Assembly: GCA_945868805.1 (NCBI GenBank)
Contig: CAMBMO010000004.1
Coordinates: 70,868 to 134,867 of the forward strand
Direction: 5' to 3'
Length of the DNA: 64,000 nucleotides
Origin: Singulisphaera sp. GP187
Lineage (GTDB): Bacteria; Planctomycetota; Phycisphaerae; Phycisphaerales; SM1A02
The position numbers and the translations under genes were made by a program. The stretch's first letter is position 1, and the number at the start of each line of letters is the position of its first letter. Below are positions 17,625 to 27,121 of this stretch, in pieces. The notes below the pieces were generated by a model. That model saw only the letters and a program-made list of their open reading frames with translations. It had not been told where the DNA came from and ran no database searches.

Positions 17625-19739
17625 ATGACGATTCCTTTTCGACTTCAATCACCCTATCAACCCGCTGGCGACCAGCCTCGGGCGATCGCCCAGCTCTGCG
17701 AGAGTTTGAATGGTGGGAGCCGCTTCCAGACGCTGATGGGAGCGACGGGTACGGGAAAGACTTTCACGATGGCGAATGTCATCGCTCAATGCCAGCGTCC
17801 AGCGCTCATCATGAGCCACAATAAGACGCTTGCCGCTCAGTTGTACGAGGAGATGAAGGCGCTCTTTCCCGACAACGCTGTCTCGTATTTCGTCTCCTAT
17901 TACGACTACTACCAACCCGAGGCGTACATCCCGCAGCGGGACATCTACATCGAAAAGGACGCCTCGCGCAACGCGGATCTCGATCGCCTTCGATTGGCAT
18001 CGACGAGCAACCTGCTTCATCGATCCGACACCATCGTGGTGGCAAGCGTCTCATGCATCTATGGGCTCGGGTCACCCGACGAATACGCGAATAAGACCGC
18101 TCTTGTTACGCGTGGAGCTCCCTTGAATCGTCGTGGGTTTCTTCTGGCTCTCCATGCGATGCAGTACCGACGCAATGACGTCGATCCCGACCGCGGTTGC
18201 TATCGAGTCCGTGGCGAGTGCATCGAACTCTGGCCGGCATACCAGCAAAGCGCAATCCGATTCGAGATCATCGACGATCGTGTTGAGAGGATCGAACGAT
18301 TCGACTCGTTGACGGGCGAAGTCCTCGGGACTGACGAACGGATCTTCGTCTCTCCGGCAGTGCATCACATGATGCCGGAAGATCAGCTGGCTCGGGCGGT
18401 CGCTTCGATCCGTGGGGAAATGAATGAACAGGTGGCGATGCTTCAGTCATCGGGAAAACTGCTCGAAGCGCAACGACTGCTCGGGAGAACTCGATGGGAT
18501 CTCGAACTCCTCTCGGAGACTGGGATTTGCCCTGGAATCGAGAACTACTCGAGGCATATGGAAGGTCGTGCGCCTGGGTCACGGAGTTCTTGCCTCTTGG
18601 ACTACTTCAAACACATTCCAGATCGCAAGCCAGACGACTGGCTTGTTTTCGTGGACGAGAGTCATGTGGCCATCCCACAGATTCGCGGGATGTACTTCGG
18701 CGATCGAAAACGCAAGGAAACGCTTATCGAGCACGGGTTTCGCTTGCCGAGCGCACTCGACAATCGTCCGCTCACTTTCTCAGAGTGGGAGGGGATGATT
18801 CCGCAGTGCATCTTTGTGAGCGCGACGCCTGCGCCCTACGAAATCGAGAAGTCGCAAGGCATCGTTGCGGAGCAGGTCATTCGCCCAACTGGATTGGTCG
18901 ATCCACCAGTCGAAGTACGGATCGCACGCGGGCAAGTTGCCGATTTGCTCGATCAGATCCGTCCAATCGTGGAACGCTCACAACGCGTCCTCGTCACCGC
19001 GCTCACAAAGCGACTCTGCGAAGATCTGACCAACTTCATGCACACACACGGAGTTCGAGTTCGCTACCTGCATAGCGACATTGAGACGCTGGAACGGTTG
19101 GAGATTCTCCGCGACCTCCGCGACGGAGCGTTTGACGTCCTCGTCGGAGTGAATCTCCTGCGTGAAGGGCTCGATTTGCCCGAGGTCGCATTGGTCGCCA
19201 TCCTCGACGCAGATCGGCAAGGGTTTCTGCGCACCGAGTCGAGCCTCATCCAAACGATGGGTCGCGCAGCGCGAAATGCCGACTCCCGATGCATCCTGTA
19301 CGCGGATCGCGTCACGCCCGAAATGCAGCGCGCGATCGACGAAGTCAATCGGCGCAGAGCAAAGCAACTCGCTCACAACGCGACCCACGGCATCACTCCG
19401 CGCACGATCGTCAAAGAAAATCGGCGTGCGCTCGAAGACGAAGTTGCAGCCGATCGCCGGAGCCACTCTCCGCGACCAACGCGGGTCGCGATCCCGAAGG
19501 ACCAGCTCGCAGAAGAAATCGAGGCGGAGATGCTCGAGGCCGCGACTGAACTTCAATTCGAACGTGCGGCCAAATTGCGTGATGAACTCGCGCGCGTCCG
19601 AGCGATGAGTGGTGATCTCGTCGAGACGGATGGCGAAGGGCGATTGGATGATGACGCGAGGATCTCCGAAAAGAAATCGAAACCGCCCGGTTCGCCCGGT
19701 TCACGGGCACGCGGTGGGCGTCGCAAACCTCGCGATTAA
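17625..19739 (+). CDS. uvrB: Excinuclease ABC subunit B
   Basis: PAGDQPRAI, GATGTGKTFTMANVI and helicase motifs are present, together with the C-terminal UVR domain (ELQFERAAKLRDEL). Confidence 0.97.
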   Translation: MTIPFRLQSPYQPAGDQPRAIAQLCESLNGGSRFQTLMGATGTGKTFTMANVIAQCQRPALIMSHNKTLAAQLYEEMKALFPDNAVSYFVSYYDYYQPEAYIPQRDIYIEKDASRNADLDRLRLASTSNLLHRSDTIVVASVSCIYGLGSPDEYANKTALVTRGAPLNRRGFLLALHAMQYRRNDVDPDRGCYRVRGECIELWPAYQQSAIRFEIIDDRVERIERFDSLTGEVLGTDERIFVSPAVHHMMPEDQLARAVASIRGEMNEQVAMLQSSGKLLEAQRLLGRTRWDLELLSETGICPGIENYSRHMEGRAPGSRSSCLLDYFKHIPDRKPDDWLVFVDESHVAIPQIRGMYFGDRKRKETLIEHGFRLPSALDNRPLTFSEWEGMIPQCIFVSATPAPYEIEKSQGIVAEQVIRPTGLVDPPVEVRIARGQVADLLDQIRPIVERSQRVLVTALTKRLCEDLTNFMHTHGVRVRYLHSDIETLERLEILRDLRDGAFDVLVGVNLLREGLDLPEVALVAILDADRQGFLRTESSLIQTMGRAARNADSRCILYADRVTPEMQRAIDEVNRRRAKQLAHNATHGITPRTIVKENRRALEDEVAADRRSHSPRPTRVAIPKDQLAEEIEAEMLEAATELQFERAAKLRDELARVRAMSGDLVETDGEGRLDDDARISEKKSKPPGSPGSRARGGRRKPRD

Positions 19740-20181
19740 CTCGTCTGGAGCTTCGATTAAGACTGGGGGATTCAAGCGCGCCTGAGCCGAATCCGGCTTG
19801 CCCGGTCGCGAACGTCGTCCTCAGAGTCACGAACGATAAGTTTCGTGGGTTGGCAGTTCGCTAGATGACGAGTTCGTGGCAGTGAGCGAGATCCGCCCCG
19901 ATTTCCAGGAAGTGCACCTGTCATCGGAACGCTGGACTGCGCTGGACTTTCCGTCACGAGAAAGGGACCGATCGTGGCAGGCGCGTCTGTGAGAACCGAA
20001 ATGTTGGAAATGGGTGGTGACATTCTGGAGCTACTTGGGTGGGACTTCTGGGGTGTAGAGCAATTCGGTCAAACCATACCGAAAGATGCACAATTCGCGA
20101 ACTATCATGCCCCGCGTTCTTGGACAATTCCACTTTCCTTCGAATCTTCGCCAAGTTTGATTGTTATCTCGGACCCACACG

Positions 20182-23166
20182 ATGACCCCCAACCCACAAC
20201 AGCCACCCGAAGGAGGGCGCAATATTCGAGTTCGGGGAGCACGCGAGCACAACCTCCGAGGGATCGATGTGCAGATTCCGCGCGATCAGATGGTCGTGAT
20301 GACCGGGGTTTCGGGGAGTGGCAAAAGTTCACTCGCTTTCGACACCATATTTGCGGAAGGCCAGCGCAAGTACATGGAGAGTCTCTCCGCGTACGCACGG
20401 CAATTCCTCGATCAGATGAAGAAGCCTGATGTCGAGTCGGTTGATGGGCTCCCCCCCACGATCGCGATTGAACAACGAGCTGGCGGACATACGCCTCGTT
20501 CAACGGTTGCGACGACAACGGAAATCTACGATTACCTACGGGTGCTTTTCGCCAGATGCGGGGACCCCCGTTGCTGGCACCAATCGGAAGCTGGATCGAG
20601 ATGCGGCAAGCCGATTTCCGCGACGAGTGCAACACAAATTGTCGAGAGCATCTTGACGACGCTGAGCGGTCGAAAGTTGCTGGTGTGCGCTCCAATCGTT
20701 CGAGGCAAGAAAGGGCATCACAAGGATGTCGCCGAGGAAATGCAACGCAATGGCTTTGTTCGGGCGCGAGTGAATGGTGTCGTCGTCGATTTGCGCGATG
20801 CGCTCAAGGCGGGTGGCGAGAATCCGATGAATCTCGCTCGCTACGAGACACACGACATCGAAGCGGTCGTCGATCGCCTCGTCGTTGCTGATCCAGAACG
20901 GCAGCGAATTTCCGAGAGCGTGGAGACTGCACTGCGGGCCGGATCGAATTCAGTGTTGATCCTCGTCGAACAAATCGATGGAACCGATGGAGCATGGAAG
21001 GAGATTCGGTACAGCGACCGATTCGCTTGCGCAGACCACCCAGAGTGTTCGCTGGAAGAGATCGAGCCTCGCCTCTTTTCATTCAACTCTCCCCACGGCG
21101 CGTGTCCAGCCTGCGCAGGACTCGGTTGCGTCGACGAGTTCGACGAGGCGCTCGTCGTCGCTGATCCATCGCTTGGAATTGCCGAAGGTGCGATCGCGCC
21201 GTGGCGCAAAAATGGGCGACGCATGAACATGTGGTACGCGCGGTTCTTAAAACGCTTTTGCGCGGACACGAAGACCCTCCCCTCGACTCCCTGGGCGAAG
21301 CTCCCGGCGCGAATTCGACAGATCCTGATGCACGGGACGACTGATGCCGATCAAGAAAGGCTAGGGTTCACCTTCGAAGGAGTACTCCCGAACTTGCGTC
21401 GGCGCTACCGTGAGACAGAAAGCGCCTTCGCCCGCGAGAGACTTCAGGCATACACAAGCAACCTCGCCTGTGGTGTATGTGGAGGTTCGCGCCTGCGTCC
21501 CGAAGCTCGCGCGGTCGTCCTGAACGGGAAGAGCCATGTGAGAAACATCGCGGAGATTTCCGCGTTGTCGATCGACCGCGCCCGCGAGTTTCTAGCGGCG
21601 CTCACGTTCTCGCCTGCGCAGCGATCCATCGCGGAACCTGTACTGAAGGAGATCGACGCGAGACTTGGGTTCCTCAGTTCGGTCGGGCTGAACTATCTCA
21701 CCCTGGATCGGACTGCATCAACTTTGTCTGGTGGCGAGGCACAGCGCATTCGGCTCGCGACACAGGTGGGATCAGGGCTTGTCGGAGTCTGCTATGTCCT
21801 TGACGAACCGACGATCGGGCTCCATCAGCGAGACAACGATCGACTCGTCGCGACACTCCGTCGACTGACATCCATTGGAAACACGGTTCTCATCGTCGAG
21901 CACGACGAAGACACAATTCGAGCTGCTGACCACTTGATCGATGTCGGTCCCGGACCGGGTCGGCATGGTGGCGTGATCGTGGCACAGGGATCGGTCGAGG
22001 ACATCTGCGAGTCCTCGGCGAGCATCACTGGTGCATATTTGTCGGGGAGGCTGAAGATTCCAGTTCCAGCGATGCGAGTGCCTCGCACAAAGGGAAGATC
22101 GATCGAAATCAAGGGGGCTCGCGAAAATAACTTGAAGGGAATCAATGTCGCCTTTCCCCTTGGTTGCTTCATCTGTGTCACTGGAGTTTCTGGGAGCGGC
22201 AAGAGCACGCTCGTCGGAGAGATCCTTCTGCGAACGGCGGAGCGCGATGTCTCCCAAAAGCGCGTGGTACCCGGTCGACATGATTGCGTGAGCGGACTCG
22301 AGCAAATCACTCGAGTCATCGAAGTCGATCAGTCTCCGATCGGGCGAACTCCTCGATCAAATCCTGCGACCTATACAGGCATTTTCGATCACATTCGGCA
22401 GGTCTTCGCCCGCGTTCCAGAAGCCAAGATCCGTGGCTATCCGATCGGACGCTTTTCGTTCAATGTCAAGGGTGGACGTTGCGAACCGTGCCAGGGCCAA
22501 GGAATGCGGAGAATCGAGATGCATTTCCTACCCGATGTCTTTGTGGAATGCGAGGTCTGTCGCGGCACTCGATTCAATCGCGAGACACTCGAGATTCGCT
22601 ATCGAGGCAAGTCGATTGCAGACATCCTGGCAATGACGGTGGATGATGCGTGCACGTTTTTCGAAGCCCATACAAAAATTGCTCGGATGCTCGCGTGCCT
22701 GCGCGATGTCGGATTGGGATATCTCCAGCTTGGACAGGCTTCGACGACAATGTCCGGGGGCGAGGCACAGCGGATCAAATTGTCAACCGAATTGGGGAGC
22801 CAAGCGAGCGGGCGGACGCTTTATGTCTTGGACGAACCGACGACGGGATTGCATTTTGCAGATGTCGCGCGACTTATGATCGTTTTGCAGCGACTCAGGG
22901 ACGCGGGGCACACACTCGTCGTCATCGAACACAATCTCGACGTGATTAAGTCGGCGGATTGGATCATCGATCTTGGCCCAGAAGGTGGTGAGGGTGGCGG
23001 CCATCTCTTGACGGTCGGAACTCCGGAGGAGGTCTCGACTCACCCCACCAGTAGCACTGGTTTCTACCTGCGTCGTGTTCTCGGTGCAGTGCAAGGACCA
23101 AGTGGCACTGCCACACGAAAGCGTTCGGATCGTTCGCTCAAGAATCCTGCAATCCGAAGACGCTGA
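20182..23166 (+). CDS. uvrA: Excinuclease ABC subunit A
   Basis: IRVRGAREHNLRGIDV, two ABC modules (GVSGSGKSSLAFDT and GVSGSGKSTLV), zinc-finger Cys pairs and LSGGEAQRI twice are present. The ORF starts at 20161; I prefer the Met at 20182. Confidence 0.97.
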   Translation: MTPNPQQPPEGGRNIRVRGAREHNLRGIDVQIPRDQMVVMTGVSGSGKSSLAFDTIFAEGQRKYMESLSAYARQFLDQMKKPDVESVDGLPPTIAIEQRAGGHTPRSTVATTTEIYDYLRVLFARCGDPRCWHQSEAGSRCGKPISATSATQIVESILTTLSGRKLLVCAPIVRGKKGHHKDVAEEMQRNGFVRARVNGVVVDLRDALKAGGENPMNLARYETHDIEAVVDRLVVADPERQRISESVETALRAGSNSVLILVEQIDGTDGAWKEIRYSDRFACADHPECSLEEIEPRLFSFNSPHGACPACAGLGCVDEFDEALVVADPSLGIAEGAIAPWRKNGRRMNMWYARFLKRFCADTKTLPSTPWAKLPARIRQILMHGTTDADQERLGFTFEGVLPNLRRRYRETESAFARERLQAYTSNLACGVCGGSRLRPEARAVVLNGKSHVRNIAEISALSIDRAREFLAALTFSPAQRSIAEPVLKEIDARLGFLSSVGLNYLTLDRTASTLSGGEAQRIRLATQVGSGLVGVCYVLDEPTIGLHQRDNDRLVATLRRLTSIGNTVLIVEHDEDTIRAADHLIDVGPGPGRHGGVIVAQGSVEDICESSASITGAYLSGRLKIPVPAMRVPRTKGRSIEIKGARENNLKGINVAFPLGCFICVTGVSGSGKSTLVGEILLRTAERDVSQKRVVPGRHDCVSGLEQITRVIEVDQSPIGRTPRSNPATYTGIFDHIRQVFARVPEAKIRGYPIGRFSFNVKGGRCEPCQGQGMRRIEMHFLPDVFVECEVCRGTRFNRETLEIRYRGKSIADILAMTVDDACTFFEAHTKIARMLACLRDVGLGYLQLGQASTTMSGGEAQRIKLSTELGSQASGRTLYVLDEPTTGLHFADVARLMIVLQRLRDAGHTLVVIEHNLDVIKSADWIIDLGPEGGEGGGHLLTVGTPEEVSTHPTSSTGFYLRRVLGAVQGPSGTATRKRSDRSLKNPAIRRR

Positions 23167-23198
23167 ATTCGACCGCGACAACGGTTACGATCGGGAGC

Positions 23199-23612
23199 AT
23201 GTCACACTCGGATGGTGATCTTGTCTTGCGGGTCATGACCATGCCACGCGACACCAATCACAGTGGCACGGTCTTCGGCGGCGTGATCATGAGCTATATC
23301 GATCAAGCTGCTTACGCGCATGCGAGGACCCACGGACTGCACCGGTGGGTGACGGTCGTGGTGGAGCGGGTCGAGTTCGTCGCCCCAGTCCATGTCGGAG
23401 AATTGGTATCCCTCCGAGCGACGACGCTGGCGAAAGGAAGGACATCCGTCACGATTCGAATACTCGTCGAGGCGGAACGGTATTCGACTGGCAGGTGCGT
23501 TCGAGTCACCGATGCGATCGTGAAAATGGTTGCGCTCGACGCAAACCACAAGCCAATCCCGTTCACGAATCCACCGACGCTGACTGACGACGACGGACTT
23601 GCGATCTCGTGA
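23199..23612 (+). CDS. Acyl-CoA thioesterase (hotdog fold, YciA-like)
   Basis: MPRDTNHSGTVFGGVIMSYIDQAA and the VEFVAPVHVGELVS pattern are present. Confidence 0.8.
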   Translation: MSHSDGDLVLRVMTMPRDTNHSGTVFGGVIMSYIDQAAYAHARTHGLHRWVTVVVERVEFVAPVHVGELVSLRATTLAKGRTSVTIRILVEAERYSTGRCVRVTDAIVKMVALDANHKPIPFTNPPTLTDDDGLAIS

Positions 23613-24223
23613 GCACATCGAATCGAAAATTCAAAGCCGCCGTGCTGGTATCCGGCGGTGGATCGACGGCACTCAACTTGATCGAGTGTGCGGCGCGAGG
23701 AGAGATACCCGTCGACATCACACTCGTCATCTCGCACCGATCAGATATCCCCGCAATGACCCGATGTGCAGGCGCGGGAAGAACTGTGGAAGTGATCTCA
23801 GGCATTCCATCATCCCATGCAAGCGACCAACTTGACGAACGATTGCGTGCACACGGAATCGAACTGATCTTGCTCGCCGGATACCTGCGCCCGCTCCGCG
23901 TCGGTCCGTGGCTCGGACGAGCACTGAATATCCACCCCGCTCTCCTTCCCGAATTTGGGGGCAGAGGAATGTTCGGGCGGCATGTTCACGTCGCTGTTCT
24001 TGCGGCTCGCGCTCGCGAATCGGGGTGCACCGTCCACCTCGTCGATGACCGATACGACCATGGAGAAATTCTCGTTCAGCGAAGAGTTGCGGTCATCCCA
24101 ACTGATGATCCGCTTTCGCTCGCGAAGCGTGTTTTCGAACAAGAATGCATCGCCTACCCCGAGGCAATTCGAATCTGGGCCACCAGGATGGAAAGATCGC
24201 TCTTGGGAAGTTGCGCGTACTAG
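23609..24223 (+). CDS. purN: Phosphoribosylglycinamide formyltransferase
   Basis: AVLVSGGGSTALNLI, LILLAGYLR, LNIHPALLP and GCTVHLVDDRYDHGEIL are present. The GTG start overlaps the preceding stop. Confidence 0.9.
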   Translation: MSTSNRKFKAAVLVSGGGSTALNLIECAARGEIPVDITLVISHRSDIPAMTRCAGAGRTVEVISGIPSSHASDQLDERLRAHGIELILLAGYLRPLRVGPWLGRALNIHPALLPEFGGRGMFGRHVHVAVLAARARESGCTVHLVDDRYDHGEILVQRRVAVIPTDDPLSLAKRVFEQECIAYPEAIRIWATRMERSLLGSCAY

Positions 24224-24232
24224 AATTTCACA

Positions 24233-25687
24233 ATGCGCCGATCGACGCCTCTGATCGCAATCGCCTGCCTCGCGATGTGTGCATCACACCATTCGATTCC
24301 CCCGACGCGAGAACAACTTGAGCTCGCGCTTCCGCGGATGCTGGCATCCGATCGTTCAACCGAAGCGCTCGCGCTCATCGAGTCGTACCTCGCACTCCAC
24401 CCCAACGACCCGCAGGTTCTCTTCGATGCTGCGCGGGTCTCGTCACTCCTTTGCGATGCTCGGGGTGCGGCGGTTTTTGCCATTCGCGCAGTGCGTGCTG
24501 GCTGGGTCGACGAGAAGGCGCTCGAAGAACATCCCGACCTCGCCCGATTGCGCACCCACGATGCTTGGGTGCAAGTGCTCGCCGTTCGGCGCGAAGTGCG
24601 GCCCGTGAGGCGCGATCAAGATCCGTCCGGATCCGATGCCACCGCGAGACGATCGCTCAACGAATGGCTCGCAATGTTTGACGGTGGCCGCTATCGAATC
24701 GAAGAGAACGGCGAGCTCAGATTGATCACCGCATCGTCCGTCGAACCCGAGGGATTTCGCCCAACGATGGCTGCGATCCATCAGTTGTCGAAGGTGCTCT
24801 CGAAGGAATTCTTTGGATCCATCCAACCGGACTCTGTTTTGCTCGTCATTGCCACTGAAGCCGATGCATCCCAGTTTCTCAGTGGACCCCAGGAAGGTGG
24901 CGCGTATGTACACGAAGCGCGAAGACTGGTCGCGCGCGACACTGGATCGAGCCTGCGCCATGAGTACGCGCATGTCCTTCACTACGGGCACATGCAACGA
25001 CTGAAGCAGACACATCCAATCTGGATTCAGGAGGGTCTCGCCACTCTCTTTGAAGACTGGCAATTGGGGTCCAAGGGGGAGTTGATCATCCTTGCGAATT
25101 TGCGATCGAACGAGGTTTACGACCGAGTTCGCCAACACAAGGCGATGGCATGGACGGATTTCTTTTCGCTCGACAACCGCGAATTCATGAGTCAAGCCCA
25201 GTGGAATTACGCGCAGGCAAGATCCATGATGATGTATTTCGCGTCGGAGAAAAAACTGACCGAGTGGTACCGCCTCTACACCACCAGTTGGGCCGCGGAT
25301 CCGAGCGGTCGGCGTGCGCTCGAGCAGTGCTTTGGATCGCCGATTGGTCGCATCGAGGCGCAGTGGAAAGAGTGGGTTCACGATCGTGGCAGGCAGGATG
25401 CCACGATCGAACCTGGCGATGGGGTCATGGGAACGGCGATTTCCAATGTGGCGGATGGGGTTCGGATTGACTCGGTCGAAAATCCGTCCCCGGCCCAGCG
25501 GGCGGGAATCCGTGAAGGGGATGTCATCACGGACATCGCCGGGGCGGAGATTCGATCTGTCGGGGATTATTTGCTCGCAACTGCAAATCGAAGGGTCGGA
25601 GAAAATCTCAAGGTTCGCTTTCGCAGAGGCAGTTCGTATTCGATAGTTGAAGTGAACTTGGCATCAGGGCATGCCATCACCCCGTGA
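24233..25687 (+). CDS. Exported putative zinc metallopeptidase-like protein with a C-terminal PDZ domain
   Basis: It has a signal peptide, a helical N-terminal region, an HExxH motif (HEYAHVLH) and a PDZ-like C-terminus (GVRIDSVENPSPAQRAGIREGDVITDIAG). Confidence 0.6.
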   Translation: MRRSTPLIAIACLAMCASHHSIPPTREQLELALPRMLASDRSTEALALIESYLALHPNDPQVLFDAARVSSLLCDARGAAVFAIRAVRAGWVDEKALEEHPDLARLRTHDAWVQVLAVRREVRPVRRDQDPSGSDATARRSLNEWLAMFDGGRYRIEENGELRLITASSVEPEGFRPTMAAIHQLSKVLSKEFFGSIQPDSVLLVIATEADASQFLSGPQEGGAYVHEARRLVARDTGSSLRHEYAHVLHYGHMQRLKQTHPIWIQEGLATLFEDWQLGSKGELIILANLRSNEVYDRVRQHKAMAWTDFFSLDNREFMSQAQWNYAQARSMMMYFASEKKLTEWYRLYTTSWAADPSGRRALEQCFGSPIGRIEAQWKEWVHDRGRQDATIEPGDGVMGTAISNVADGVRIDSVENPSPAQRAGIREGDVITDIAGAEIRSVGDYLLATANRRVGENLKVRFRRGSSYSIVEVNLASGHAITP

Positions 25688-25951
25688 ACGCGAATTCAAT
25701 CCAAACGCCGATCGAAAGCAATCCACCCGACCATCGGGATAAATGGGTTGGTCTTTTGATCGCGCGCCTGGATCAGAATTGCCGATCACAACTAGCATCA
25801 TCGCATGAGGTCATGCGTGATTTCGTCGCCTCGAGCGCCGTCATTGGGCGCAGGACGGTGAAATCCCAGCGGCAATGGTTGCCGACGCAAGATCCCATGA
25901 TCGACGTGTTGGACCTGACCGGCATGCCCGCCATTATTGGAGGATAGAACC

Positions 25952-26251
25952 GTGCTCATCACAATCTGCGCAAAACATATGGAACTGACCGAAGCACTGA
26001 CGAACTACATCAAGTCGAAGGTCGGAAAGCTCCCCCGCTTTTTCAATGGACTTCAGCAACTCGCGGTCACGATCGAACGGGCTCCCCGTGGGTATCACGT
26101 CGAGATCCGATCCGATGTCGAAAGACATCGCGATTTCATCTGCAACTACAGGCACAACGACCTCTACGCCTGCGTCGACCTCGCAGTCGATCGTGGCGCA
26201 CGGCAACTTTCAAACTACAAGGACCGTTTGCGACATCATCACAGGTCGTAA
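25952..26251 (+). CDS. hpf: Ribosome hibernation promoting factor (short HPF/RaiA family)
   Basis: ITICAKHMELTEALTNYIKSKV...YHVEIRSDV...LYACVDLAVDRGARQL is present. GGAGGA lies 7 nt upstream of the GTG at 25952; the ORF track starts at a TTG at 25937. Confidence 0.85.
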   Translation: MLITICAKHMELTEALTNYIKSKVGKLPRFFNGLQQLAVTIERAPRGYHVEIRSDVERHRDFICNYRHNDLYACVDLAVDRGARQLSNYKDRLRHHHRS

Positions 26252-26270
26252 ACGATTCGCCCGCATTTTG

Positions 26271-26320
26271 TCGCATGACGCCGCATGACGCCGCATGACG
26301 CCGCATGACGTCGCATGACG
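26271..26320. repeat. 10-bp tandem repeat, 5 copies, (T/C)CGCATGACG
   Basis: Read directly as tcgcatgacg ccgcatgacg ccgcatgacg ccgcatgacg tcgcatgacg. It lies in the hpf-ptsN spacer and ends 15 nt before the ptsN ATG. Confidence 0.95.
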
Positions 26321-26335
26321 GTATGATCGAGCGCG

Positions 26336-26839
26336 ATGAAGCTCCGAGATATCGTCGTGCAGACAGCGATTCTTCCTTCGTTGAAGAGCACGAAACGTGA
26401 TTTGGCGATTGGTGAACTGCTCGACAGCCTGATTGAAAGTCGCGTCATCAAGGCGGAATCACGTGCAACTCTTCTCAGGGAAGCACTCGCCCGCGAACGC
26501 AAGGGTTCGACTGGATTTGGGCATGGAGTCGCCGTCCCACATGCGAAGACGACGTTGGTCACGAAGCCACACGCCGCAATCGGTGTCTCGGGGGCAGGCG
26601 TGGAATTTAACTCCCTCGATCGGCAACCCGTTTACTCGATCGTTTTCATGCTCAGCCCGCTCACTGACCCAGAGTCGCATTTGAACGCGATGGAGACAGT
26701 CTTTGGTGCGCTGAGTCAGGAATCCTTTCGGCGGTTCTTGCGTCAGGCGCGCAACATCGACGATGTCACCACGCTGATCGGCGAGTTAGACGCTGGTTCA
26801 TCTGGTTCATCTGGTTCATCTGGTTCATCTGGCAGCTGA
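26336..26839 (+). CDS. ptsN: PTS EIIA-Ntr type regulatory protein
   Basis: The GFGHGVAVPHAK active-site His region is present and the gene sits in the classic hpf-ptsN-HPr context. The C-terminus is a (GSS) repeat tail. Confidence 0.85.
   Translation: MKLRDIVVQTAILPSLKSTKRDLAIGELLDSLIESRVIKAESRATLLREALARERKGSTGFGHGVAVPHAKTTLVTKPHAAIGVSGAGVEFNSLDRQPVYSIVFMLSPLTDPESHLNAMETVFGALSQESFRRFLRQARNIDDVTTLIGELDAGSSGSSGSSGSSGS
26795..26830 (+). repeat. In-frame 9-bp tandem repeat (GGTTCATCT x4) encoding the GSS tail of PtsN
   Basis: Four perfect copies are followed by GGCAGC TGA, giving the protein end AGSSGSSGSSGSSGS. Confidence 0.95.
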
Positions 26840-26848
26840 GACCTATCC

Positions 26849-27121
26849 GTGGCGTGCGGTGAATCGAAGATCCTCAATCAGCTTGGACTACACGCCCGAC
26901 CCGCGATGAGTTTCGTTCAGCTTGCAAGCGGGTTTGCGTCGACCATCCGAGTCCGTCGCACCGATTCCAATGAGTGGGTCGATGGAAAGAGCATTATGCA
27001 GATGTTGCTCCTCGCAGCCACGGCAGGTACGACAATTGAAATTTCGTGCGAAGGAGAGGACGAAGATCGGGCATTCGCCGAAATTCGCGAACTTATCGAT
27101 CGGAAGTTTGACGAGGAATAG
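26849..27121 (+). CDS. ptsH: HPr-family phosphocarrier protein (NPr-like)
   Basis: The GLHARPA active-site His and the GKSIMQM Ser site are present. The start codon is GTG. Confidence 0.85.
   Translation: MACGESKILNQLGLHARPAMSFVQLASGFASTIRVRRTDSNEWVDGKSIMQMLLLAATAGTTIEISCEGEDEDRAFAEIRELIDRKFDEE

Noticed and set aside
19828-19878. LexA (Cheo-box-like) operator in the uvrB-uvrA spacer
   Set aside because: CGAACGATAAGTTTCG has the wrong spacing for GAAC-N4-GTTC. No similar element was found upstream of recA or uvrB.
24443-25381. 312-aa minus-strand ORF antisense to the PDZ/HExxH protein gene
   Set aside because: It is a shadow frame. The plus-strand protein has a signal peptide, an HExxH motif and a PDZ domain.
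25802-25817. Inverted repeat CGCATGAggTCATGCG upstream of hpf as a site specifically related to the ptsN repeats
   Set aside because: The 7-mer TCATGCG also occurs inside coding regions (1782-1788, 31279-31285, 49215-49221), so chance recurrence cannot be excluded. It is mentioned only as supporting detail.
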